Positions 11,283-23,900 of a stretch of 64,000 nt of DNA are shown here, one piece after another. Every line of letters begins with the position of its first letter. Within the stretch, counting starts at the first letter, position 1. The notes beneath the pieces were generated by a model. It did no database searches. It saw only the letters and a program-made list of their open reading frames with translations, and was not told the DNA's origin. The position numbers were made by a program, and so were the translations under genes. The stretch comes from Podarcis melisellensis (taxonomy: Eukaryota), in assembly GCA_964234715.1 (NCBI GenBank), contig OZ174282.1. The stretch is one strand, 5' to 3'.

Positions 11283-14200
11283 TAGATCCCAGCCTTGCCT
11301 ACCATGTAAGCGTCCATGCCTCTCGTGAAAGAGGGACCATTTTGAATCAAATTCTGTGGCTTTTCGGGAAATGGTTGGTTCTAGACAGCAATGTCCCTAC
11401 GTTTCGTTAAGGAGAAAATTCATGGTAGGGGAAGTGTAATTCACAAAAAGAGATTAACAGAAGACAACGGTGGGCATGTCAACCAGAGCGTGGCAGGGCT
11501 CACACCTTCACAGCAGAGGCTGTAGGAGAGGGTGGCTTGAGCAGGACAATGACTGGGAAGGGCAGGAAGGATGGGGGCTGCCCCCAAATGCAGAAGCAAA
11601 CCCGCTTCCTCCCAGTTTGTGCTGTATCAAAACAACTGGGATCCACTTTGAGCCTTCCAGAGAAGGTGGGTGTGAAATAATCGAATGGTCACGCAGAGCA
11701 CCCACTCAGCTCTTCCACCATCACTGCTTTTGCAGTTGTGGCAACCAGTTTCTAATGGCCATCTAATAATAATAAAATATAATTTACACAGATCGCTATA
11801 AAGAGTGGGTCATTCTGAGGTTTTAAGTGGAGTCACAAAATCTGGGAAGCTGCATATTGAAACAAGATAAATAAAACCCCAGGTGGATCCCCTCTTTCTA
11901 TGGCACAGAACTGGTCCTTGAGCTGTGCACAGCTAGTGCTAGTCCCAGGCTATCAGGAGGTACTTACAGTTCAACGACCCTTCAGGAGCTCTTTGGGGGC
12001 TGCTCCAGAATGGCCAGCAAAGGAGTCCTACAACACTCCTGTACCATGTCTCTAAACTCAAACTGCCTGTGCACTTGAATGCCAGCATTTCAATATCAAA
12101 GGCTCAGGTCCCTTGGTCAATGCTGGGGATTACAAGCTTTATGAAAAATCAACATGCAGATTGATTTTTGGTCAGATAATGTTTTGCCATGTTTTGAACC
12201 CAAGGATGATAAAGGCATAAACTGTTCAATTTCTCCCAGATGCAAAATTTACCCAATGTAGCAGAAGCTTTTTGTGCACCTGAAAGTCAAAATAGCTTCT
12301 GACAAAAGTTAGGATGGAGAGCAAGCCATGAATGCCTGAGGATTCTACCTGACAGAGAGTTTAGAAGAACCAAAATGAAACCTCCAGCAGCCAGGTGAGA
12401 TACCTCTCCTGGGAGATGCGAGATCCTGAACAGGGCAGAAGGCCCAACCACCCGGCCACTCTGTGCCTCTTATCTCTTCCTTTCATTGCTTTAATCTAGC
12501 CTGCAGGTCCATGCTGAACAAACCCCAACAAGATGCTGTGCATACTCTTCTGAGACTCCTTTGCAGGCAACAACCCCCAGCCTTTAGTGTGCTGTTGCAG
12601 TCCCAGCAACAACACCCAAAAGAGAGAAGGACGTTTTGTGCTGCTCAAGAGTGTCCGTTTAAGCCTTCTTGGTCTCACGCGGCAGAGAGGCAGGATGTGC
12701 AAAGAGTTAAACAGCTCACATTTCCATTACACTTTGCCACTGGGCACAACGAATTTGATGTAATTAAGAACCATTTAGGAGGCAAAGTGTGAATGGATCC
12801 AACTGCACTTCTGAATTTTTAAACGGATCCTAAGTGGGAGACAGTGGCCGGCTGCAGCCTCTCTCCGGAACACAAAGAGCTGCTCCTCTGCCGTGCTGAG
12901 TGGAGCCCTCGGAGCAAAGGTAGGGGATGGGGGAAGCAGATTACAAAATTCAGTCACATTTGAAAATTTTCTGCTACAATAATTCACTTTATGTAGAATT
13001 AATGTGGCTGATTGAACGTTTGTGCTGCAATTTACTTATAATTAACATTTTATGGTGAACAGATTTCACCATCGCCTTCATGCTGGGAACTCCGAGCCAT
13101 AGGTCAAAAACAGAGATGAAACAGAGAAGCACAAAATATTCTCACTGAAATATTAATGAGATTTTAATTTACTGCTTTAAAAATACATCTTTCATCAACG
13201 TCTGTATATCAAATCATTATTTCAATTTCCCCCCTCAAATCACATTAAAACTATAATGAACTTTTCTGGCCTTTGAAAAGCTCTGAGGGAGAGACATTTG
13301 TTTTGAAGGAACATCCCTGGGGAGGAGCGCCAAAGCACCCCCCTCCAGCCCATGGCTCTCTGGCTGACCAGGACCATTTACTGCCCGACTCTTGGCCCAC
13401 TGGCTTCTGCAGCCATTGCTGCACTCTGGAAAGGAAGGTAAAGTGAGGGTCAGTCAAGAGGCTCACCCAAGATCCCCTTCTCCTTACTGAAAGCCAGGGC
13501 CCCAGGGACTGAAGGGAAACTCCAGCTGGCCAGCCCTACATATTCACTTACTGGTTTTATTTCCCATTGCTTTGAGATGTTTCTCAGGAATGGGGGTGGG
13601 AGAAGCAGGGGGGGGAATCTAGGCTGCTTTTCAAAATAAGGATTTCCCCCCAAGCAACACACAACATTAAAAGCAAAATTATTAAAACAAAATGTAAATT
13701 CAAAAGGCAGCATACAAACATTTGAACCTTAACAAGTAAACCATTCCAAATTCAAAGCCACCCAAATCCACAGTCTTCAACAGCAACAGCTAGCAGCCTT
13801 TGCAACAGCCTCAGGTGCTGGATTGCCACTGCTCAAGTAAAAAAGCAGTGTTTTAAGGTGTATTTGTGAAGATATCCTGCTAAGGTTGCCATATGTTCTC
13901 TTTTTCCAGGACACGTCCTCTTTTTCATGAGCAGAGTTGTCATAGCAATCCATAGTTTAAAAGTAGAAATCAGCAAATGTGTCCTTTTTTTTTTTTTTTG
14001 CTCTTCAAAATATGGCGACCCTATCAGCTGAATGCTGAAGAGAAGGGCACAGTGAATTTCTGCCTGCCACACTGCTGTTGAAGGTAAAAGAGCCTTGCTC
14101 TCCTCCACTGCCAACTCTTAAACCATACCAGTGGGTTTCTTGAGCTTCAGAACCAGTTATGTTCCTGTAGCTATTGCATCCATTGATCTTAGGCTGGCAA

Positions 14201-15651
14201 TATGACATTCAGCGCTAGACCAGGTCTGGTATTTCAGATGGCAGAGGCGGGGGTGGAGGGGTCAAAAGAGATTGAAGAATTACAGCAGTCAAGGCTCAGA
14301 TGCTGCCCGAGCTTGCATAAATTCAAGATTAAATTGTTAAAAAGCATTCTAAGAGCATTTGCTTCGGTTATTTATTTAAATCTCATAATAATAAGTACAA
14401 CAATGTCATCAGCCCAGGTCAAGCAGGCGCCCTTTGATTTTACTTTTTTAGCAAAAAGGATTTGATGCTTTGACATTAATGTATATACCAGAACAATCCA
14501 TCCCCAAGAATTTCCCTAACCTACCCTCCTGAAAGCAATTAATCCCCCTCCCATGTTGCTGCTACAATCAACTGATCAGCATCTACATCTGTATTTCCCT
14601 TAAAAAAAACCCAACACACCAAGAGCCTGAATAACAACACTAGTCTACACTGCAGGGTTGTCATGCACTACTCTTTCTCAATCCTCCCGTCACCCCCACT
14701 TTAGCAATATTAGTATAGCAACTCTGAGCTATTTTGCATGGCTGATGTAATCCATGCTTTCTCAACCATAATATCCTCCGTGCAATATGGATATACTAAT
14801 CATGGATTTTATTTGTATTTCCATTTGCAGGGTGTCACATGAAATTAATCCTGTGCTACGAAGAGCATGAAGTCCTGTCCTCATTGCACCCTTTTGGTTT
14901 GGCTGGACATGCCGCTGCCTGGTCACTGCTACACTAAAATCCTGGATTTCCAAATTATTATCTCTGATCAACAATTACTTGTCTGTTACAGAAGAAGAAA
15001 GCATCAAAAAGACTCAGCCATTCCTTTATCTGTTGTTTTGAATCTAGCAAAAAAAAAAAAGTTTGAGCCACAGAGCTTCAAAATGACCCAGGAAGTCCCT
15101 TCTCCATTGTGTGCAGAAGGGGTTTCCTGGGTCACGCTGGAGCTGCTTTGTGCTCTTCTCTGATGTGTGGGTCACTCTGCATTTATCTGTAGCACTTGCC
15201 AATCACAGCGGTGATCACTCACAGCCTACAAACACTGAAAAGTGGGAACAGGCTCATATTTCATGAGGCTTTTGGGGGTGGGGAATAGTGCCTGCACAGC
15301 TTGCTTCATAACATTTGTTCTACAAGGGCTAGAAATTTACTTTTAAAAAAAGAAAAGAAAGCTCAGAGTCTGCTCTCCTGCTGGCTCTGGGCTCGGTCCC
15401 TCCTTCTCTGGTTGGGTGCTGCAGGAAACAGAGAAAGTGTCCTTCTCTTGAGTCAGGCCATTAGGTCATCTAGATCAGCACTGTCAACACTGACTGGCAG
15501 CAGCTCTCCAAGTTTCAAGTTAGAGGAAATTCCCAGTCCTATCTGGAGGTGCCATTGTTTCTCCACTTCTAATTTTATTATTTTCAGAAGCATATAATAA
15601 TATAATAATATAATAATATAAACCTTTGTATATTGGTGGCGGTGCAATTGT

Positions 15652-15705
15652 GGATTGAACCAGGGGCCTTCTGCATGCTGAGCAAAGGTTTGACCATTTA
15701 GCTAC
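15652..15705 (-). mobile_element. tRNA-derived SINE head fragment
   Basis: GGATTGAACCAGGGGCCTTCTGCATG...GACCATTTAGCTAC is the reverse complement of the SINE head seen at about 1230-1280. Confidence 0.6.
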
Positions 15706-15717
15706 AATGCGCCTTCC

Positions 15718-15763
15718 TATGAACAGGATGCTAGACTAGGTTGGCCTTTGGTCTGATCCAGCC
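15718..15763 (+). mobile_element. CR1-type LINE 3' UTR fragment
   Basis: GAACAGGATGCTAGACTAGGTTGGCCTTTGGTCTGATCCAGC, the sense version of the 8265 and 24880 remnants. Confidence 0.5.
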
Positions 15764-15938
15764 CTAAGGCGCTCCCGCCCATATCACATCAAAAACATTC
15801 ACCGACATTTCTGCCTCAGAGTTGTAGGCTCTTAAGTTCAGTCACCACTAGCAAGGAGTGCGGCTGGCTATGCAGAAGAGGATATTACCATTATCATACA
15901 TACGAACTGGGGAGGAAATAAGATGGTAACAATAAGAA

Positions 15939-15944
<6 letters not shown>

Positions 15945-15986
<42 letters not shown>
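15945..15986. repeat. (AG)n microsatellite
   Basis: Perfect run read directly. Confidence 0.98.
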
Positions 15987-15991
<5 letters not shown>

Positions 15992-16319
15992 AAGAGAGAA
16001 AGAAATCAAAGCAACCTTTCCTTGTTTCTCTCGTAATAATCTGGTTTTTGCTGCAAAGATTGCAAGAACAGCCCCCTCACACACCATCCCCTACCAATCC
16101 CAGGCCTCGCTTTGAGTTCATTCTGTGCATTTACACATTCTGAAAGAAAGAAAGGAAGGAAAACCTAATGAATATACTCAAAACAACAACCTTGTCTGTG
16201 TTCAAAAGGCCCTGGATTTTGCTCCAAAGTTGCTGTTCCATAGTAGAAAGATAGAAACATCCCTGGGAATTATTACTAATTTTTAAACAGCACTAAAGAA
16301 TTAAAGCACAAGAGAAAAA

Positions 16320-16480
16320 NNNNNNNNNNNNNNNNNNNNNNNNNNNNNNNNNNNNNNNNNNNNNNNNNNNNNNNNNNNNNNNNNNNNNNNNNNNNNNNNN
16401 NNNNNNNNNNNNNNNNNNNNNNNNNNNNNNNNNNNNNNNNNNNNNNNNNNNNNNNNNNNNNNNNNNNNNNNNNNNNNNNN
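16320..16480. other. Assembly gap (161 N)
   Basis: Run of N. Confidence 1.
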
Positions 16481-18039
16481 GGAGGGAAAATGGGTTGGGG
16501 GGGCATTTCAGCTTAAAAGGAGACTTTATTCATTCCTGATCAGCTTCTCCTTCTATTCTCTCTTTTATTCTTAGATATCTTTTTTTTTTTTTAAGGCGGC
16601 CCTTCAGATGTTACACATCCAACCCTGTGAATCCCACCTCTGGGCAGTGAGGGTGGAATTCAGCATCCAATCGGCTCTTTCTACAGCCCTGAAAAACCAA
16701 TTTGCTCATAAAGATTTTTTTTTTTAAGGGAGAAGCACAACAAGAGGGGGCTGGAGTTGCTCTTGGAGGAGAGCTTCAATTTCACTGTAATTGTCAGAAG
16801 AAGGGCTGCTTTGATCTACAGAATCATGATTATCTTTCAAATGTCTGTGCATTAATGCAGCAGCTGCACTTTGGCAGGAGGGCATCAAGAGGGTGTTGCA
16901 GGATAACCTCCGGCTTTGGCCCTGCTTAGCTCCCCCCACAAGCCTCCCTCTTCACTCTTCCCCCCACCCCACTTATTATTTCCAAGGCCACTTAGCAAGA
17001 TGCCCCACAAGCAGCAGCGGCAGATGTAAAGCTCTTCATCACCAGCCTTGGTGTTTCCAAGAGGGTCCCACCAAAGGTTTGGGAAGGAGCTCTCCAGGCA
17101 ACACAAGAAATGCTCTTGCCTGTCAAGCCCCCATCCCTGCCCCCAGTCCCAACCCAGGCAAAGGCAACTGTGAGGAGACTTGAATGTTGGGTGAAGGCTC
17201 ATCTTCTGATCTTCATATTTACGTTCTCCATCCTGCATTATCCAAACAGAAGAATTTTCTTCTCTTTGTGTTGCATGCTGTTGCTACAATCTTCAAACCC
17301 AGTTCTGGAAATCACGATCCACAGCATGATCTGGTTGGGAAGATGGAGCCTAGGAGAGGCCCTCATCTGTGCACCTGCAGCTGCCAGGTGGCAAGACTAA
17401 GGGCCCGGTTACACCCTATGGGGACACTGGATGGCTGCCAGAGACCCGCCTCCCCAAAGAATTACTGGGCAAAAGACACAGGTGCCACTGTATTCCATGA
17501 TCTCACCACCACCACCACCATTCCAGTTCACTGACTGCCACTGACTGGAGGAGACAGTGCACTGGATGCATGGATCCATGCCACATGTTTCTTTTACCAA
17601 ATGCTACTGAGGGGACACAGCTTGGTGGGAGCTGCGTCCCCCTCCCACACACATGAAGCCCACCCTAAATCACTGGAAGATAAGCAGTCACTTTCATTTA
17701 TCTGATGCATTTTTTTTGGGCCCTCAACCCCAACACTACATTACTCCTTGATTCCCTGATTCCATTTCTCTGCTGCCCATCCAAGGCTTAAGGCTCCTTA
17801 TAGCAGCTACTGACTGTTTTGTTTTTGTGAGAAGTGGGGCATCTGCAAAGGGGAAGAGGAAGACTTGCTTGGGAAAGCCAGTAGGCCCACCAACCTCACT
17901 TTCCCACCTGCCCGTGCTCCCCACCTAACCTTATGCTAATTAGCCATGCAGCCCCACCAAGAGCAAAGTTGCCTGCCACATCCCCCTCCCTCACCATGAT
18001 TTATGTTCAATTTGTACAAATGGAGAAAATGAGATTTCT

Positions 18040-18370
18040 GATTTCAATGCCATTTCTGCAATGAAGTGATTAAAAGAGAGAGAGAGAGAAGGAGAGAGAG
18101 TAGGGGAGAGGGAGGCACTGCGTTCGACTGTATAGAATATTGATCCCGGCGCTATTTTCCTTTGCAATAACCATTAGCCCTGTATTATTTGCAAACCTCT
18201 AATGTGAACCCGGGGATGTAATTTACATTTCTGCTTTCCTTATTTGCCTTAACAAAACAACAACAAAAAGCTTTGGGCCTTTCAATCTATCCACATTGTC
18301 AATAAAATCAGCAGCTGATAGGAATTTGTGCATATGCTAAACTGTCATCTCCATGTAAACGACAGAGGGT
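18040..18370. promoter_or_regulatory. Candidate conserved non-coding element
   Basis: High-complexity AT-rich block with retained CpGs and homeodomain/SOX/E-box-like words (CATTGTCAATAAAA, CAGCAGCTGATA). Conservation is inferred, not shown. Confidence 0.4.
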
Positions 18371-18503
18371 AAAGTGAGGAGCAGAGGGGACTAGGAAGGC
18401 TTCAGATTGCCTATACTTGGCACAGGTCTCCTCCGGTGTCCATCCTATACCTGTTATTTGCTCTCCCCTCCCTGGCAGCACAGTCCTGGCTCCTGGAAGC
18501 AAT

Positions 18504-19000
18504 GCACAGAAAGCCATGCAGGCAATAGGCCTGGATGTGGCCTGGGGAATATAGCCACATAACAAACTCAGGGCGCTTCCAGATTTTTGAGTAGGATTCA
18601 GCCACAAACTGGCAAATGAAGGCTGCACAGTTAAAGTGAGAAAATGCACTGGGATAATATATCCTCCAAATGTCCTGATTTTCCAGGGACAGTCCTGGAA
18701 TTACAGAAGCCGCCCAGTTTCTGATTTGATCCTGGACTGTCCCACTTTTCCAATAGGACGTCCCTATTTTCATCGGAGAAATGTCAGAAGAGATGGAGGA
18801 TGACATCCCTCTTTTCATCAGAGAAATGTTGAAGGGTATGGGATAACACTTGCTTTGATGCAACATCATCTAACCACCCCTCAAACAAACTGGAAAGAAT
18901 GCTCACTGAATGGCCAGCATCATCTAATCTGCCTGCAAATGAGTCGAGATGGATCCTTAGTAAAGAGGTTGTCTCAAAGTGGCATCTCACACCATTTTAC
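18504..19000. mobile_element. Ancient interspersed repeat, copy 1 (possibly MER121-like), interrupted by a MITE
   Basis: Collinear same-strand similarity to 61899-62290 on both sides of the 18658-18840 insertion, e.g. ACTTGCTTTGATGCAACATCATCTAA and CCTGCAAATGA[G/A]TCG. Confidence 0.7.
18658..18840. mobile_element. TIR-bounded non-autonomous DNA element, short form
   Basis: Ends TATATCCTCCAA / TTGAAGGGTATG; flanking duplication GGATAA (18652-18657, 18841-18846); internal direct repeat TCCCTnTTTTCATCnGAGAAATGT; homologous to 26522-26922. Confidence 0.8.
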
Positions 19001-19041
19001 AGCCAGCCATTTCATCACTCCAGATCCTGGAGGGGGCACAT

Positions 19042-19160
19042 CAGGGGCACCTAAGCTGTGACCCTCCAAATGGTCCTGGACTACAGGTTCCATCACCCCA
19101 AAATGTGGGTGATGTTCACTGCAGTTCAGCAACATCTGGAGGGCTGCAGATTAGCCACAG
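19042..19160. mobile_element. Degraded hAT-type palindromic MITE
   Basis: CAGGGG start and CCCTCCAAATG...GGACTACA...CATCTGGAGGG fold-back; same architecture as 7306-7441. Confidence 0.55.
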
Positions 19161-21199
19161 GGACACTTTGCAGAGGGTTGCAACTGCAGCCAATAAACTA
19201 CAGCGAAAGAAGGTGTTTCAAATGTGCTCTAAAGGTATAGTGTGTACACTGAAACAGGCACATTGTAGGGTAGATGATGCCCCTTGTTATGTGATGGGTG
19301 GCCAGTGTGACTGAGCTGTGCCCCTCCCTACAAAGGTCCAGCTCTTTGTTAATGGGCTTTAGGTTACGATGGTGGACCTATTCCAGTTCATAAGCACCCA
19401 GCCAGCCATCAAAGAGGCAACAGGCAGTAAAAAAGCCCAAAGAGGTGTGTGTGTGTGGAATGGAGAGGTACTAGAAACAGAAAGGCAGGTGTGGGGACAG
19501 GACAAGCAAGGTAGCTCTTGCCCTTCAGCAAGGAGGGATGCAACACTCTTGCCTCTGAATCAGGAGGACTTTGTCAGGGTGGGGAAAACAGTCATGCAAA
19601 GGTCCAAATCCACCTGGGACTCTCATGCAGAGATTGCTGGAAAAGCCCTTACTGAGCTAATTGCACAAGGAGTTTGTAACGCAGGTACACACACCTGCGC
19701 CACACACACCAGTCCAAGGAGAATCAAGATGGGGAGGCAGGGTTGGAGTCCTGAGAAGTTGTCAGACATCATGTTGCCACTTGGGTACCAGCTCTGGACA
19801 AAGGAGATGAGGAAGTTTCTAGGCATCCCCAAAAACAAGGAGAAGGAAAGCAGGAGAGGGAGCCCAGCCCAGCTAATGACCCTTAATTGCCACAAGCAGC
19901 ATGGCACTGAGGCCAGGCGGCTGCTTTGCATTCTTGGGATGTAGGGTATGCAAATGCCTCCCAAGGGCTGACACAGTTTCTCTATTGTGGATCCTGAGGG
20001 TAACAAAATTAGCCTTTGGCAGCCATGGTAATTGGGAGGTGCGGTTCCCATTAGGAGTCCTACAAATTATGAAGAAAAATGGACCAGGGGCTTTGTCGCA
20101 AATAATAATAGCAAGAAGAAAAGAGCGGGCGCCTGCCTCTGTTTCCCCCCCCCCCACGCCAAATCTCTCTCTTTATTTCTAGATGGTGCAGTTAATGCCT
20201 CCTTGTTTAGTAACAAGAAAATAGTCTGCAGTCCCCTGCTGGACTTTTCCAAGGCAAGATCACATGGTGGATAATATAAAATCCAATCTGAAGATGGAGT
20301 TGCAGCAGAGCCAAAGTGCCAGTGGCTGATCCAGACAATGTTCTTGTCCCTGCTTCGCCCCCGCCTTTGTTGTGAGTAAGGACTGAGACCTGCAACAACA
20401 TGGAAGGATGTGCTTCCTGGTCCCTGAAGGGCTAGACATCTTTGAACAGTCCCAACCCATGACTTCTTCTTTCCCCTGCTGCAAATGGGGGGTCCTAGCC
20501 TGCTCCCAAATGTGCCTGCCCGGGATGAAGGTCTCAGCCGCTGAGAACTTGAAATGCTCTGCCAACATCTTCAATGGCTGCTGACCCTCTCACAGTGCAG
20601 ATACTGCAAGTCAGAAAATGAGTGGCCTCTTTGATCTCCCTGCCAGGAGACCAAATGTCACATTCAAGAAGCCCCAGCCGCCCCCCCCCCCAAGTTTACA
20701 CCTGAGACTGTCTTCCTCCCGAGTTCCGAGGGTTTTCCATACTACTGGGTCGGGGTAGTAGAGAACGTGAGAAGTTTCACATACATAGTGCAGCAGGCCA
20801 CCTGCTCTGCAACTATGCTGTGTTTCCTTTTGCAAGAAAACTGCAAGATGTGCCCAAGGTTCACTCAGGTTTGTGGATGAAGCTAACAGGAACAGAGGAA
20901 GTGAGGCAGATGTCCAAGGAAGGCCTCCCTCCTTCCTTCTGAAGTGCACGAGGCCATTGCCAGTCACATCAGGACCCAGCCAGAGGGCTCTGGAATTTGG
21001 CTGAGCCAAAGTTCCCTTGTTGCATGGTGTCCAGAGAAAGGCCTGAAGCCAGATGATTGGGTCTGTGCCTGCACAGTATCAGCACTGGGTGGGGGGTAGT
21101 TTTGGGGGATGCCATGAATGCAGCTCTGAGCCAGCAATAAAAGGGGAAATGAGGGATTTGGGAATATTGAACTGTTGCAGTCACATTTGTGCTTTGAAC

Positions 21200-21300
21200 T
21201 GCAATTTGTTAAGGGTGCTGGGAATTATAGTTCTATGAAGGATAAACTACAGTTCCCATGATTCTTGGGGGGAAGCCATGTGCTTCTGATGTGTGGATGT
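21200..21300. mobile_element. Common squamate interspersed repeat fragment (unclassified)
   Basis: TGCTGGGAATTATAGTT...AACTACAGTTCCCATGATTCTTGGGGGGAAGCCATGTGCTT, an internal inverted repeat familiar from lizard genomes. Confidence 0.5.
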
Positions 21301-22614
21301 GCATGAAACTCAACCAGGTGAGCAGATGTGGAGAATGCTGCTGCTGCGGCTGCTGCTGAGATGTCCCTCTCAAAGGAGCGTCAAGACAGAGGATGTCTGG
21401 GGCAGGAGTGTAAAGAGCCATCACAGGCCACACCTCATCCTGAATTCTGTTTCTGGTCCACCCACTAAAAGAGGAACTCCACATACCCTGAGCTGTTTCT
21501 CATTCCTTTCCGCTCTCTACATTCTTCTTCTTGTTTATTATTATTTCAAACCAGGCAGCACAACAGCAGCCATTAAACAACACCAATCAGGGAGGCACCC
21601 ACAATGCTGGGAGGACTAAGTCTGCATGAGGACGATCCTGCAAGCGACACAGGGTGTGTGGCAGAATGAAAGAGGAGGAACAAACTGTGCCTGGGGATGG
21701 GGGGCCCATTACCTCTCCCCCAGGTTCTTGGGTAACAGGCGGTCAGCCTCCCCACTCCACTCCTGCAGGAATCCAGGGCAGCCCTAAGAGATTACGAAAT
21801 CCCAAACCCAGAAAGGCTCCCTGAGCTGTGCAGACGAATTGAAGGGAACAGCTCACTCACACAATGACAACAATGCTCGACTTTTTCATACTTATGCTAA
21901 CTCTCCATCATAGAAACCGCCGCAGTCAATGTCTTAACCCCAGATCTTTATTTTTTCATTGTTTCCCCTCAGGGCCTCTTTAAGGAGCCGGCAGAGGAGC
22001 CACTTTCCACGTCGGGCGCAGTTGGCACGCCGGCCAAGTGTACTTAAACTTTGCGTCTGATCAAGTTATGTGTATTGGATCTGAAACCAGCGAGTCAATT
22101 CTTCCAGGTCCCTAAGTGGCGATTTGTGGTAATGTCTACATCAATACGAAGAGAGCGGTTTGCTAGCTGGTTTACGTAAAGCAAATGCCTGCAGGATGGG
22201 AGGGGGCCTCCAAGGGTTCTCCCAGCTAATGGTGTTGTGCACATATGTGGGGGGGGGGGAGCACAAGCAGAGGCCAAGCAGGAGAGGGTGCTTTTTATGC
22301 AAACCTCCATGCAAAGGAACCACCACAACCACCACCTCCTCCTAACTGAAGGGTTCTTTCCCATTTCCACCAAAGCTTCTCTTTCCCAGCCTACCAGCAT
22401 CTCTCTGCCACCTTCCTGGCAAGCACCACCCACCTGTCCTGAGGTGGAGATTGATGGGGAGCCTCTGGAGGCGACCTGTGGGCCAGGCCAGGAGATGAAG
22501 AACTGGGTATTCTGTCACAGGGACTTCCCCAGAATGGCAGGCTGTGCTTTCTCTCATTTGCTTGGTTTTTTTTGGGGGGGGGGGCTCTTGGCACACAAGG
22601 CTGTGTGAAAATTG

Positions 22615-22880
22615 ATTTATGGGATCCACTGCTGTGGGATGCAGTGATAGCCCTACAACAGAGAGAAAGAACAAGGAGGTTTAAAGGGGGATTAGAGGAA
22701 TTCATGGGTGAGTGGGGAGATCTGTCAATGGCTGTTTGTCATGGTTGGTCTGTGGAAGATGCTCTGGGTTTAGCCTATACTGCTCCTAACATTTGCTGGC
22801 AGGCACAGAGCAGGGAGCACTTATCCCTGCTTGTGGGCCTCTTGAAGGCATTGCTACTTGGTGGGGCAGATGAACTGAGG
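22615..22880 (+). mobile_element. Degraded CR1 LINE 3' end
   Basis: GGTTTAAAGGGGGATTAGAGGAATTCATGG...ATCTGTCAATGGCT resembles the CR1 ORF2 end (FK..LD.FM) and its 3' UTR. Confidence 0.6.
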
Positions 22881-23569
22881 TGATTCCTGCTTCTGATCTC
22901 TCCCCTGAACAAGCCTTCTGGTGTGCCTTCAACAGCATCGCTACTCTATACCAGACACGCTCCCCTGCCCACATCTACCTGGCCACCTGGCCTAGCCATA
23001 TGAAGAAGACAAGAGAAGAAAATTTGAGAAAATTCCACCCGAGTCCTGGCTACATGTAAGATTTCCCAGAATGCTAAGCAGCACTGCTCACATTCTTCTT
23101 TTGAAAGCGTTAACAGGATCCCCTTGCCCTCGGTGACTCCCAGCTCCTCTGTGGCAGTGCAGGGCAGTGGGAATTTCTTACATTCAGTTTTAAGACACCA
23201 GATGCCCATTGCATCTGTGTGCTTTCTTGTGAGAATCAGCCCAACGTCACTGAAGTCCTTAAGTTAGTCATAAACATCCCTCAGATCTAGGAAGGCTCTC
23301 GAGAAAGACTAGCTCGCAGCAATGACCTCAGGAGAACCTTCTTATGTCCTCTCTAGGATTTCAGGACAACCTTCTCTGAGCTGCCTCCTCCTTCTTCATT
23401 TTCTTCCTTTCCTTGACCTCTGGACCAGTTTCACCCAACTGAGATGCCCTCCGGGTGTTTTGAACTACAACTCCTATTAGCCTCAGGAACATGTTGGCTA
23501 GGAAGGAAGGTGTCACAAAGGAGCCACCACTGCAGCAAAGATTTCCATAGGTGGAGAGAATCTGCTTAT

Positions 23570-23900
23570 CCATTTGACACTGCTAAGTTTAGTCTTCTTA
23601 AGTACCAGCTCCCCGCTGCCTGCTGCTGCCACCATGACAGTGATTCTCTTCTATTTCCCATTAATTATTCGTTTTGCAATTGTACATCTCCATCCCTCTG
23701 GGATTGTGCTGCTGCTGGCATTTGGCACACAATTTATGGAAAGTTTCCATAAATATGATGCTGTTCAGAAACGGAGCAAGATATTAGTTTAGAATTTGCA
23801 GACTATCACAGGCTGAGGACACACCACTGATTTATCGTCCCCTGTAAATTCAGAGGCACGGCTGGTGCTGCACTCATAAACTGCAGATGAGCGGGGTTGG
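23570..23900. promoter_or_regulatory. Candidate Hox/TALE enhancer
   Basis: Palindrome ATTTATGGAAA-G-TTTCCATAAAT (23732-23754), TGATTTAT (23828), TGACAG and CATTAATTA. Confidence 0.4.

Noticed and set aside
19369-19944. 191-aa ORF
   Set aside because: No recognisable protein motif or exon structure; a chance ORF.
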